Of a DNA stretch of 64,000 nt, positions 1 to 11,385 are shown piece by piece. The notes under the pieces were generated by a model. That model ran no database searches and had not been told where the DNA came from. It worked only from the letters and a program-made list of their open reading frames with translations. The DNA is taken from positions 186,001 to 250,000 of the forward strand of contig NW_027590185.1 of assembly GCF_964213995.1 (NCBI RefSeq). The letters run 5' to 3'. The stretch's first letter is position 1; every line of letters begins with the position of its first letter. Made by a program: the position numbers and the translations under genes. This DNA is from Mustelus asterias (taxonomy: Eukaryota).

Positions 1-76
1 AACATCAGCAGAAACAGACACCAATGAAAATGGTTGGGACCTCGATGTGATTAACAGCAAAATTCAGTCCTTGCAG

Positions 77-751
77 TCACTCATGAACATGATGGTGTTT
101 CAGCAGGTGAGGTGACTGAGTGAATCCCTTCCCACACACGGAGCAGGTGAATGGCCTGTCCCCAGTGTGAATTCGCTGGTGCTTTACCAGGTTGGATGAT
201 TGACTGAATCTCTTACCACAATCAGAGCAGGTGAATGGTCTCTCCCCCGTGTGAACTCGCTGGTGCCTCCGCAGGCTGGATGAACAAGTGAATCCCTCCC
301 CACACTGAGAGCAGCTGAATGGCGTCTCCCCAGTGTGAACTCGCTGGTGTTTCTGCAGGTTGGATAACTGAGTGAATCCCTTCCCACAATGAGAGCAGCT
401 GAATGGCCTCTCCCCAGTGTGAACTCGCTGGTGTGTCCGCAGGTTGGATAACTGAGTGAATCCCTTCCCACAATGAGAGCAGCTGAATGGCCTCTCCCCA
501 GTGTGAACTCGCTGGTGTGTCTGCAGGTGGGATGAACAAGTGAATCCCTTCCCACAATGAGAGCAGGTGAACGGCCTCTCCCCAGTGTGAACTCGCTGGT
601 GTGTCCGCAGGCTGGATAAATGACTGAATCCCTCCCCACACTGAGAGCAAGTGAATGGTGTCTCCCCAGTGTGGCTGCGCCGATGAGCTTCCAGCTGAGA
701 TGGGGATATGTATCTCTTCCCACAGTCCCCACATTTCCATGGTTTCTCCAT
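77..751 (-). CDS. C2H2 zinc-finger protein, 8 fingers (ZNF-A)
   Basis: ORF from ATG (MEKPWKC) with 8 CxxC..HxxxH repeats and TGERPF linkers; splice acceptor ttttacag|g with exon starting at 1101 (-). Confidence 0.88.
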   Translation of the reverse strand: MEKPWKCGDCGKRYISPSQLEAHRRSHTGETPFTCSQCGEGFSHLSSLRTHQRVHTGERPFTCSHCGKGFTCSSHLQTHQRVHTGERPFSCSHCGKGFTQLSNLRTHQRVHTGERPFSCSHCGKGFTQLSNLQKHQRVHTGETPFSCSQCGEGFTCSSSLRRHQRVHTGERPFTCSDCGKRFSQSSNLVKHQRIHTGDRPFTCSVCGKGFTQSPHLLKHHHVHE

Positions 752-1339
752 GGTGCAGGTGTCCTTGCCTCTCTCTTGGGTGGACAATCAGTTGAAACTT
801 CGTCCACACACAGAACACGAGTACAGTCTCTCCCTGCTGTGAATGGTGTGATATTTATTCAGGCTGTGTAACTGGTTAAAGCTCTTTAGTCTGTGCACTG
901 GAAGACTCTCACTCGAGTGTGGCAGTGTGTTGGTGCTTTTCCAGTCACACTGATGGTCGAACTCTTTTCAAATCGACAAACTGGACAATCATTTCTCCTT
1001 CTAGATTCAATGGCTGATGATATTCAGCTCCCAAGGAATATGACTCTGTCAGATCTGACGTGACATTTGAGATTTCGGCCTGTGATTCCTCTTTCAATAT
1101 CCTGTAAAATGGGTTTACAAAAGTCATCAATGTTAGTCCAGGATAGAAATTCAGAACAGACAATTCTAGTTTCTATGGAACATTCTTTCCTATTTCAGTC
1201 CCAAAAAGCTGTGAATCCACACACTCTCCCTCGATTCTCACTCTGCTGTATCTAATATTCACCCTCCCAATTCTCCTGAAGGTGCTGATTGAGGCTGATT
1301 GACAGATCCATGCTCACTGCTTCATGTCCTGGACACAGA

Positions 1340-1755
1340 GACCATAACAAATTGGAGCTGCAGTCGGCCATTTGGCTCATCGCGTCTTTTAAACTATTCA
1401 ATGAGATAATTCGTTCATAAACCTCAGCATCATTCTCCCCACACTAAACCCATATCCCTTGATATCCTCAATATCTAGAAACCAATCAATCTCTCTCTTG
1501 AAAATAGTTGATGACTGAGGTTTCACTGTCCTCAGGGGTTGAGAATTCCAAATCTTTCCCACATCCTTGAGTGAAGAAATCCCCCCATGTCTTAGCTTTT
1601 GCTCCATCTTCTTGTCTGTTCCCCATAACTCTTGACACCCTTGTCAGTCAAAGATCTGTCTAACTGGAATATATTCAATGATCCTCAGCCTCCACTGGTC
1701 CCTGTGGAAGAGAAATCCAAAAGACTAACAACCCTCTGAGGGAAGAGATGTCTGG
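1340..1755 (-). mobile_element. Degraded CR1 LINE 3' fragments
   Basis: Minus-strand decayed CR1 C-terminal peptide (IWNS.P...IFKREIDWFLD..DIKGYG); paralogous block at ~35140-35560. Confidence 0.55.
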
Positions 1756-1759
1756 AAAT

Positions 1760-3078
1760 ATATAACAAGTTCCACCCCACCATCAGACTCACCATGGACT
1801 ACTCTCCGGAATCGGTTGCATTCTTGGACACATGCATCTTCATTAAGGAGTCACCTCAGCACCTCACTATACCGCAAGCCCACAGATAACCTCACGATGC
1901 TCCACTTCTCCAGCTTCCACACGAAACACGTTAAAGAAGCCATCCCCTACGAACAAGCCCTCCATATACACAGGATCTGCTCGGATGAGGAGGATCGCAA
2001 CAGACACCTCCAGACGCTGAAAGATGCCCTCATAAGAACAGGATATAGCGCTCGACTCATCGATCAACAGTTCCGACGCGCCACAGCGAAAAACCGCACC
2101 AACCTCCTCAGAAGACAAACACGGGACACGGTGGACAAAGTACCCTTCATCATCCAGCATTTCCCCGGAGCAGAGAAGCTATGGCATCTCCTCCGGAGCC
2201 TTCAACATGTCATTGATGAAGATGAACATCTCACCAAGGCCATCCCCACACCCCCACTTCTTGCCTTCAAACAACCGCACAACCTCAAACAGACCATTGT
2301 CCGCAGCAAACTACCCAGCCTTCAGGAGAACAGTGACCACGACACCACACAACCCTGCCACAGCAACCTCTGCAAGACATGCCGGATGATTGACACAGAT
2401 GCCATCATCTCACGTGAGAACGCCATCCACCAGGTACACGGTACATACTCTTGCAACTCGGCCAACATTGTCTACCTGATACGCTGCAGGAAAGGATGTC
2501 CCGAGGCATGGTACATTGGGGAAACCATGCAGACGCTGCAACAACAGATGAATGAACACCAGTCGGCAATCACCAGGCAAGACTGTTCTCTACCTGTTGG
2601 GGAGCACTTGAGCGGTCACGGGCATTCGGCCTGTGATATTTGGCTAAGCGTTCTCCAAGGCGGCCTTCACGACACATGACGGCGCAGAGTCGCTGAGCAG
2701 AAACTGATAGCCAAGTTCCGCACACATGAGGACGGCCTCAACCGGGATATTGGGTTCATGTCACACTATCTGTAATCCCCACAGCCTGCCTGGACCTGCA
2801 GAGTTTCACTGGTTGTCCTGTCTGGAGACAATACACATCTCTTTAGCCTGTCTTGATGCTCTCTCCACTCACATTGTTTGTATCTTAAAGACTTGATTAG
2901 CTGTAAGTATTCGCATTCCAACCATTATTCATATAAATTGAGTCTGTGTCTTTATATGCCCTGTTTGTGAACAGAATTCCCACTCACCTGAAGAAGGGGC
3001 TTGCAGCTCCGAAAGCTTGTGTGGCTTTTGCTACCAAATAAACCTGTTGGACTTTAACCTGGTGTTGTTAAACTTCTT
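1760..3078 (+). mobile_element. 5'-truncated Penelope-like element (RT C-terminus, GIY-YIG endonuclease, 3' pLTR)
   Basis: ORF 1816-2679 has LYRKPTD, IPY.QA..I.RICS and a GIY-YIG signature (VYLIRC...WYIGET); premature TGA at 2677; terminal repeat ...aaataaacctgttggactttaacctggtgttg. Confidence 0.88.
2980..3024 (+). ncRNA. Minimal hammerhead ribozyme in Penelope-like pLTR
   Basis: CTGAAGA-a-GGGGC-ttgca-GCTCC-GAAA-GCTT: intact core boxes, stem II, palindromic stem III (AAGCTT), and flanking ccactcac/gtgtgg for stem I. Confidence 0.7.
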
Positions 3079-3092
3079 CCCGAGATTAAAGT

Positions 3093-3235
3093 CATGATGT
3101 GGAGATGCCGGCTTTGGACTGGGGTAAAGACAGTAAGAAGTTTAACAACACCAGGTTAAAGTCCAACAGGTTTATTTGGTGAGTGGCTTTTGTTACCAAA
3201 TAACCTGTTGGACTTTAACCTGGTGTTAAACATCT
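3093..3235. mobile_element. Short inverted-repeat Penelope-like terminal fragment
   Basis: atgatgtggagatgccgg...caccaggttaaagtccaacagg followed by its inverse; cttcccgagat(t/a)aaag occurs on both sides. Confidence 0.65.
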
Positions 3236-3249
3236 TCCCGAGATAAAAG

Positions 3250-3540
3250 CCTGGGAGCTGTAAACCCGGGACCTGCAGGGTCTTATTCGGGCCGTGCGAC
3301 CAACAGCGGGTGTTTGTGAAGCCAGAGCTCCCTCCCTACCCCGACTCCCGGCTCCATTTCTCCCGCAGCCCCACCGACTCACCCGCTGAAAAAAGCGGCT
3401 CCCGCATTCACAGGGCTCAGAGCAAAGTGACACTGCGCACGCTCCAGATACAGCACTGCGCCTGCGCAATGGGCTCCTGTGGAATGAATAGGACACGTTC
3501 ATACGCGCAGAGGCACCTGGGAATTAACGGCGTCATTGTC
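3250..3540 (-). promoter_or_regulatory. CpG-rich promoter and non-coding exon 1, probably of ZNF-A
   Basis: CpG-dense; NRF1-like TGCGCCTGCGCA at 3457-3468; consensus donor GTGAGT on - strand at 3382-3377. Confidence 0.6.
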
Positions 3541-4458
3541 AAAGACAACAATAGAAAACTATCTTGTGCAATTACGAACAAATAATTTTTAAAAATGCAT
3601 TCCTCGGAATTTGTGCGCTGCCATTCTCCATTTCTAAAATTGATTTAAACCAGTGCTCTCCTGTGGGAATACCCTGAGTTTTTAAAACCTTTCCCACTGG
3701 TTTCCTCCCCTCTCTCTCTCTCTGCTCTCCTGAAGGTGCTCACACTGGTTGGGTAAATCCCACAGAGACTGGTTTCTTTCACTTTCTTTCTCCTGATGCT
3801 GAATATTCTGTTTTATGGAATGATACATCACAGATGGAAACCATTTGGCTCATCCTGCCCAGTCGGCCTGTCTTTAAGATCTATCCAATTAATCCCACAG
3901 CCCTGCTGGCAGAGTGAGAACAATGTATATATACTGCAGCAATATGGGAGATGAATGGAAAATGTTTTCCAGTTGCATACCTCTCAGACACACTCACCCC
4001 TAGAAAGATAAATTGTCCTGTGTACTAAGCAGATATTAAGGTTCCACTTAAAATTAAAACAGAAGGTGCTGGAAAAATGCAGCAGTCACCAGGGCCGAGT
4101 TTATGGTCAAAATGATGGTGCTGAGCTGCCGTTAGAAAGTAACCAGCAATCCAACAAACTACTCAAAATAGTGAATCAAACAAAATTGATCAAAGATTGA
4201 GCCAAAGTATTCTGTTTTCCAACATGGTGCTATGATTTTTTGTGATGGTTTTAATGTTCTCACAATTACCTGGTGTAGTCCGGGTTTATTTTATACACAT
4301 TCCAACCCATCGCTGTCCATGAGCACATTACCCCCACTCTGATTCTCCATCCCATCAGAGACAACTCAGTCACTGACTGGAAATTAGGGCTTTTAATGAG
4401 AGCTCTGACAACTGAGAATGCACCGTAGGCAGAATCAACCCGAGCTCACAAACCACAG

Positions 4459-5710
4459 ACAGTGAACATTATCCCCCAGACCCGAATATAAAACAGTGAA
4501 CATTATCCCCCAGACCCGAATATAAAACAGTGAACATTATCCCCCAGACCCGAATATAAAACAGTGAACATTATCCCCCCCAGACCCGAATATAAAACAG
4601 TGAACATTATCCCCCCCAGACCCGAATATAAAACAGTGAACATTATCCCCCAGACCCGAATATAAAACAGTGAACATTATCCCCCAGACCCGAATATAAA
4701 ACAGTGAACATTATCCCCCCCAGACCCGAATATAAAACAGTGAACATTATCCCCCCCAGACCCGAATATAAAACAGTGAACATTATCCCCCCAGACCCGA
4801 ATATAAAACAGTGAACATTATCCCCCAGACCCGAATATAAAACAGTGAACATTATCCCCCCCCAGACCCAAATATAAAACAGTGAACATTATCCCCCAGA
4901 CCCGAATATAAAACAGTGAACATTATCCCCCAGACCCGAATATAAAACAGTGAACATTATCCCCCAGACCCGAATATAAAACAGTGAACATTATCCCCCA
5001 GACCCGAATATAAAACAGTGAACATTATCCCCCAGACCCGAATATAAAACAGTGAACGTTATCCCCCAGACCCGAATATAAAACAGTGAACATTATCCCC
5101 CAGACCCGAATATAAAACAGTGAACATTATCCCCCCCAGACCCGAATATAAAACAGTGAACATTATCCCCCAGACCCGAATATAAAACAGTGAACATTAT
5201 CCCCCAGACCCGAATATAAAACAGTGAACATTATCCCCCCCCAGACCCAAATATAAAACAGTGAACATTATCCCCCAGACCCGAATATAAAACAGTGAAC
5301 ATTATCCCCCAGACCCGAATATAAAACAGTGAACATTATCCCCCAGACCCGAATATAAAACAGTGAACATTATCCCCCAGACCCGAATATAAAACAGTGA
5401 ACATTATCCCCCCCAGACCCGAATATAAAACAGTGAACATTATCCCCCAGACCCGAATATAAAACAGTGAACATTATCCCCCAGACCCGAATATAAAACA
5501 GTGAACATTATCCCCCCCAGACCCGAATATAAAACAGTGAACATTATCCCCCAGACCCAAATATAAAACAGTGAACATTATCCCCCCCAGACCCGAATAT
5601 AAAACAGTGAACATTATCCCCCCCAGACCCGAATATAAAACAGTGAACATTATCCCCCCCAGACCCGAATATAAAACTGTCAACATTATCCCCCCCACAC
5701 TTGAATACAA
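4459..5710. repeat. Minisatellite, 34-37 bp unit, about 36 copies
   Basis: acagtgaacattat(c)5-8agacccgaatataaa tandemly repeated. Confidence 0.97.
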
Positions 5711-6334
5711 AATTGTCCTGATGGATTCAGACAGCATTATCACAATATTCCAAATGTATTTTTTCCAGGAATAGATTCAGCGGCTGCATCACAGGAGGCC
5801 AGAGATACTCTCCTCAAACTCGGCTCATGTGAGGAATCCCTCCAATGAGGCTCAGGAATGTTGCAACCAGAGTCACGTGACCACCAAGTGTGTAACTGAA
5901 CAAACTACCGCAACGTTGAAGATGTGTTTCAGTGTGAAATGATTTGCTTCACCTGTTGGTTCAGAGTTGAGAGAAAATTTCCCTTTCTGGGGTAACTTCT
6001 TAAAGCGACAGAGCACGACAAGCTCACAACTCCTTGATTAAAATAAGATGCAAGATCCTTCATTGTAACTTAACCCTTTTTAAGCCAACTTCCAAGGCCT
6101 GATTTTATCAGCAACATCTAATCTTTGTTAATTTAAAATCCCAAACACGTTACCAGCTGCAATCTCCTTGTTCTTTATCTGGGGTTGAGGTGACAACAAT
6201 ATAAAATTCTCAGTTATTCCAAATTCCTCCAGGGTATGCTTAAAATTTCCACATTTAACTGGCTCCAATAAATCCACAATTATAAACTAAAATAGACACG
6301 AGTTTCTGGGTGATTTAAAAACAATTTAAAAACA

Positions 6335-9265
6335 AGATGCCATAGGAAAGATAGAACAGGAGGAAAGAAAGGAGGGGGAGTTGCACTTTTGATTCAGGAA
6401 AACATCACGGCAGTACTGAGAGGGGATATATCCGAGGGTTCGCCTACTGAGTCAAAAGGGGTGAACTGAGAAATAAGAAGGGGGAAATCACTTTGATAGG
6501 GTTGTACTATAGGCCCCCAAATAGTCGGTGGGAAATTGAGGAGCAAATATGTAAGGAGATTACAGATAGTTCCAAGAAAAATAGGGTGGTAATAGTCGGG
6601 GACTTTAACTTTCCCAACATTGACTGGGACAGCCATAGTATTAGAGGCTTGGATGGGGAGAAATTTGTTGAGTGTATTCAGTAGGAATTTCTCATTCAGT
6701 ATGTGGATGGCCCGACTAGAGAGGGGCAAAACTTCACCTCCTCTTGGGAAATATTAAGGGCAGGTGATAGAAGTGTGAGTGAGGGATCACTTTGGGACCA
6801 GTGACCATAATTCCAATAGTTTTCAGATACCTATGGAAAATGATTGGTCAGGTCCAAAAGTTAAAATTCTAAATTAGGGAAAGGCCAATGTTGATGGTAT
6901 CAGGCAGGAACTTTCGACAGTTAACTGGGAGAGTCTATGGGAAGGCAAAGGGACGTCTGGTAAGTGGGAGGCTTTCAAAAGTGTTTTAACCAGGGTTCAG
7001 GGTAAGCACATTGCTCTTAGAGTGATGGGCAAGGCTGGTAGAAGTCGGGAACCCTGGATGACTCGAGATATTGAGGCCCTCGTCAAAAAGAAGGAGGCAC
7101 ATGACATGCATAGGCAGCTGGGATCAAGTGGATCCCTTGAAGAGTATAGAGGGTGTAGGAGTAGAATTAAGAGAGAAGTCAGGAGGGCAAAAAGGGGACA
7201 CGAGATTGTTTTGGCAGATAAGGCAAAGGATAATCCAAAGAGGTTCTATAAATACATAAAGTGCCAAAGAGTAACTAGGTAGAGAGTAGGGCCTCTTAAG
7301 GATCAACAAGGTCATCTATGTGCGGATCCACAAGAGATGGGTGAGATCCTAAATGAATATTTTTCATCATTATTTATTGTTGAGAAAAGCATGGATGTTA
7401 GGGAACTTGGGGAAATAAAGTGATGTCTTGAGGAGTGTACTTATAACAGGGAAGGAGGTGCTGGAAGTCATAAAGCGCATCAAGGTAGATAAATCCCCGG
7501 GACCTGATGAAGTGTATCCCAGAACACTGTGGGAGGCTAGGGGGGGAAATTGCGAGTCCCCTAGCAGAGATATTTGAATCATCGATAGTCACGGGTGAGG
7601 TGCCTAAAGATTGGAGGGTGGCAAATGTTGACCCTTTGTTTAAAAAGGGCTGCAGGGAAAAGCCTGGGAACTACAGGCCAGTGTGATTCACATCTGTAAG
7701 TTGTCAGAAGGTATTTGAGAGACAGGATCTACAGGCATTTGGAGACACAAGGACTGATTAGGGACGGTCAGCATGGCTTTGTGAGTGGAAAATCATGTCT
7801 CACAAATTTGATTGAGTTTTTTGAAGGGGTAACCAAGAAGGTAGATCAGGGCAGTACAGGTGATGCTGTCTACATGGACTTTAGCAAGGCCTTTGACAAG
7901 GTACCGCATGGTAGATTGTTGCTTAAGGTTAAATCTAATGGAATCCAGGGTGAGTTCGCCAAATGGATACAAAACTGGCTTGATGACAGAAGACAGAGGG
8001 TGGTTGTAGAAGGTTGTTTTTCAAACTGGAGCCTGTGCCTCAAGGATCGGTGCTGGGCCCACTGTTATTTGTCATTTATATTAATGATTTGGATGAGAAT
8101 GTAGGAGGCATGGTTAGTAAGTTTTCAGATGACAACAAGGTTGGTGGTATCGTGGACAGTGAAGAAGGTTATCTAGGATTGTAGCATGATCTTGTTGGGA
8201 CGTCTTGTTGAAGTTGTACAAGACATAGGTAAGGCCACACTTGGAATACTGTGTACAGTTCTGGTCACCCTATTATAGAAAGCATATTATTAAACTGGAA
8301 AGACTGCAGAAAAGATTTACTAGGATGCTACCGGGACTTGGTGGTTTGAGTTATAAAGAGAGGCTGGATAGACTGGGACTTTTTTCCCTGGAATGTAGGA
8401 GGCTGAGGGGTGAACTTATAGAGGTCTATAAAATAATGAGGGGCCAGTGGACTGACAAACGGCAGATGGAGTTTAATTCAGATAAATGCGAGGTGATACA
8501 TTTTGGGCGATCGAACCAGGGCAGGACTTACTCAGTTAATGGTAGGGTGTTGGGGAGAGTTACAGAACAGAGATCTAGGGGTACAGGTTCATAGCTCCTT
8601 GAAAATGGAGTTGCAGGTGGACAGAGTGGTGAAGAAGGCATTCTGCATGTTGGTCAGAACATTGAATACAGGAGTTGGGACGTCTTGTTGAAGTTGTACA
8701 AGACATTGGTAAGGCCACACTTGGAATACTGTGTACAGTTCTGGTCACCCTATTATAGAAAGCATATTATTAAACCAGAAAGAGTGCAGAAAAGATTTAC
8801 TAGGATGCTACCGGGACTTGGTGGTTTGAGTTATAAAGAGAGGCTGGATAGACTGGGACTTTTTTCCCTGGAATGTAGGAGGCTGAGGGGTGAACTTATA
8901 GAGGTCTATAAAATAATGAGGGGCATAGATCAGCTATATAGTCAACATCTTTTCCCAAAGGTAGGGGAGTCTAAAACTAGAGGGCATAGGTTTAAGGTGA
9001 GAGGGGAGAGACACAGAAGGATCCAGAGGGGCATTTGTTTCACACAGAGGGTGGTGAGTGTCTGAAAAAAGGTGCCAGAGCTAGTAGTAGAGGCAGGTAC
9101 AATTTTGTCTTTTAAAAAGCGTTTAGACAGTTACATGGGTAAGATGGGTGTCGAGGGATATGGGCCAAACGTGGGCAATTGGGACTAGCACAGGGGTTAA
9201 AAAAGGGGCGGCATGGACAAGTTGGGCAGAAGGGCCCGTTTCCAAGCTGGAAACCTCTATGACTA
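6335..9265 (+). mobile_element. CR1 LINE, decayed ORF2 (APE endonuclease + RT) with 3' end
   Basis: YYRPPNS, VGDFNFPNIDW, QHGF..GKSCLTNLIEFF, YMDFSKAFDKVPH, LVRPHLEYCVQFWSP; many stops and frameshifts; tail ...aaacctctatgact. Confidence 0.93.
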
Positions 9266-9654
9266 AATGAACTGTCTGCTGAAAGGGTTAACTTTTCTAC
9301 AGAATCTAAAGGGGTGGGGAGTGAACAGAAAACACTTGGCACACAATTACATCACTTTACATAATTTTTAAAAACTTCTCCAACAACAAAATAAAGTTGA
9401 TTTTAAACTTAATCTATTAATTCTTTTGTTCTCTTCCTCAACCTAATTATTTTTATTTGATCAGTTTTTGTTAGGGATGGGTAACTTCTGTTCTTTATAA
9501 ACTGGTTCACTGGTTTTGTTGATTCTACATGGGCTCGGAGAATCAGAACCCAGACTTTATCATCCTTATCCTTTTTCTCGCTTTGCCACCACTCCCTCTG
9601 TTTTGCGGGAGGGTCATGGGGATTCCAATCAGACCGAATCAAATTATCAGATAA

Positions 9655-9825
9655 GTAAAATACTGCGGATGCTGGAATCTGAAACAAAAACAGAAAATGC
9701 TGGAAAATCTCAGCGGGTCTGACAGCATCTGTGAAGAATGGAGCCAAAGTTTCAATACTGGATGACCCTTCATAACAGCTCTCATGAAGCATCATCCAGA
9801 CTCAAAACGTTGGCTCTATTCTCTA
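9655..9825. mobile_element. Second Penelope-like terminal family fragment
   Basis: tactgcggatgctggaatctgaaac...aaatgctggaaaatctcagc.ggtctgacagcatctgtg; related copies at ~11860-11990, 19935-20010, 23805-23895, 59970-60015, 60370-60520 and 61275-61445. Confidence 0.55.
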
Positions 9826-9857
9826 ATCATTTTATCGATACATTTCTAGTTCTTAGT

Positions 9858-10133
9858 TTTAGGTTTAAAGTGAGAGGAGAGAGATACAAAAGGGTCCAGA
9901 GGGGCAGTTTTTCGCTCAGGTCGTGGTGAGTGTCTGGAATGAGTTGCCAGAGGCAGTGGTAGAGGTGGGTGCAATTCTGTCTTTTAAAAAGCATTTAGAC
10001 AGTTACATGGTAAGATGGGTATAGAGGGATATGGGCCAAATACGGGCAATTGGGACTTGCTTAGTGGTAAAAACTGAGCGGCATGGACAAGTTGGGCCGA
10101 AGGGCCTGTTTCCATGTTGTAAACCTCTATAAC
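9858..10133 (+). mobile_element. CR1 LINE 3' end fragment
   Basis: Close copy of 8990-9262 (RFKVRGE..., gggccgaagggcctgtttcc tail). Confidence 0.8.
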
Positions 10134-10359
10134 TTCCTAACACCCAGTCACTCTGTGATCCTTGTGAAATCTGAAACCAGGTATTTGCAACAAGACTCAA
10201 AGAGCATCAGCCCACTGGAGGCAAAGTCATGAGACCGGCCAGTCCAGCAGAAAGAAACCCCCCGACCCTCCCCATTGACCAACTGTGAGAACGAACAAAA
10301 TGCAGTCCTGGATGTAATTGAGAGCAGAAACAATAACAGCAGAATCCAACCCCCTGGAA

Positions 10360-11385
10360 TCACTTGTGAATTTCTTGGTGTCTCAGCAGGTGGGATGAAA
10401 CTCTGAATCTCTTCCCACACTGAGAGCAGGTGAATGGTCCCTCCCCAGTGTGAATGCGCTGGTGTCTCTGCAAGTTGGATGACTGAGTGAATCCCTCCCC
10501 ACACTGAGAGCAGGTGAACGGCCTCTCCCCTGTGTGAACTCGCTGGTGTGTCTGCAGGTCAGATGAGTTAGTGAATCCCTTCCCACACTCAGAGCAGATG
10601 AATGGTTTCTCCCCAGTGTGAACTCGCTGGTGTCTCCGCAGGCTGGATAACAGAATGAATCCCTTCCCACACTGAGAGCAGGTGAACGGCCTCTCCCCTG
10701 TGTGACGGCGCTGGTGTCTCTGCAGGTCGGTTGACAGAGTGAATTCTTGCCCACACTGAGAGCAGGTGAACGGTCTTTCCCCAATGTGAACTCGTTCGTG
10801 TGTCCGCAGGGTGGATGAGTTCGTGAATCCCTTCCCACACTGAGAACAGTTGAATGGCCTCTCCCCAGTGTGAACTCGCTGGTGTCTCTGCAGGAGGGAT
10901 GACCGAGTGAATCCCTTCCCACACTGAGAGCAGGTGAATGGCCTCTCTCCAGTGTGAACTTGTTCGTGTGTCCGCAGGGTGGATAACTGAGTGAATCCCT
11001 TCCCACACTGAGAGCAGGTGAACGGTCTCTCCCCAGTGTGAACGCGTTCGTGTGTCTGCAGGCTGGATAACTGAGTGAATCCCTTCCTACACTGAGAGCA
11101 GGTGAACGGTCTCTCCCCAGTGTGAACTCGCTGGTGTCTCTGGAGGTCGGATAACTGACTGAATCCCTTCCCACATTGAGAGCAGGTAAATGGCCTCTCT
11201 CCAGTGTGAACTCGCTGGTGTCTCTGCAGGAGGGATAACCGAGTGAATCCCTTCCCACACTGAGAGCAGGTGAATGGTCTCTCCCCAGTGTGGCTGCGCC
11301 GATGAACTTCCAGCTTAGATGGGGCTCTGTATCCCTTCCCACAATCCGCACATTTCCATGGTTTCTCCATGATGCAGGTGTCCAT
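10360..11385 (-). CDS. C2H2 zinc-finger protein, 12 fingers (ZNF-B)
   Basis: Uninterrupted array; first ATG at 11385, family-homologous [10 protein letters not shown] at 11370; acceptor ttttccag|g with exon starting at 11721 (-). Confidence 0.9.
   Translation of the reverse strand: MDTCIMEKPWKCADCGKGYRAPSKLEVHRRSHTGERPFTCSQCGKGFTRLSLLQRHQRVHTGERPFTCSQCGKGFSQLSDLQRHQRVHTGERPFTCSQCRKGFTQLSSLQTHERVHTGERPFTCSQCGKGFTQLSTLRTHEQVHTGERPFTCSQCGKGFTRSSLLQRHQRVHTGERPFNCSQCGKGFTNSSTLRTHERVHIGERPFTCSQCGQEFTLSTDLQRHQRRHTGERPFTCSQCGKGFILLSSLRRHQRVHTGEKPFICSECGKGFTNSSDLQTHQRVHTGERPFTCSQCGEGFTQSSNLQRHQRIHTGEGPFTCSQCGKRFRVSSHLLRHQEIHK

Noticed and set aside
1816-2679. Host GIY-YIG nuclease gene
   Set aside because: 5'-truncated, frameshifted at the start, premature stop, and followed by a Penelope terminal repeat; it is a transposon relic.
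4459-5710. CRISPR-like regular repeats (also 21417-22503, 57640-57895, 63276-63466)
   Set aside because: Units are directly tandem with no unique spacers, there are no cas genes, and the context is eukaryotic.
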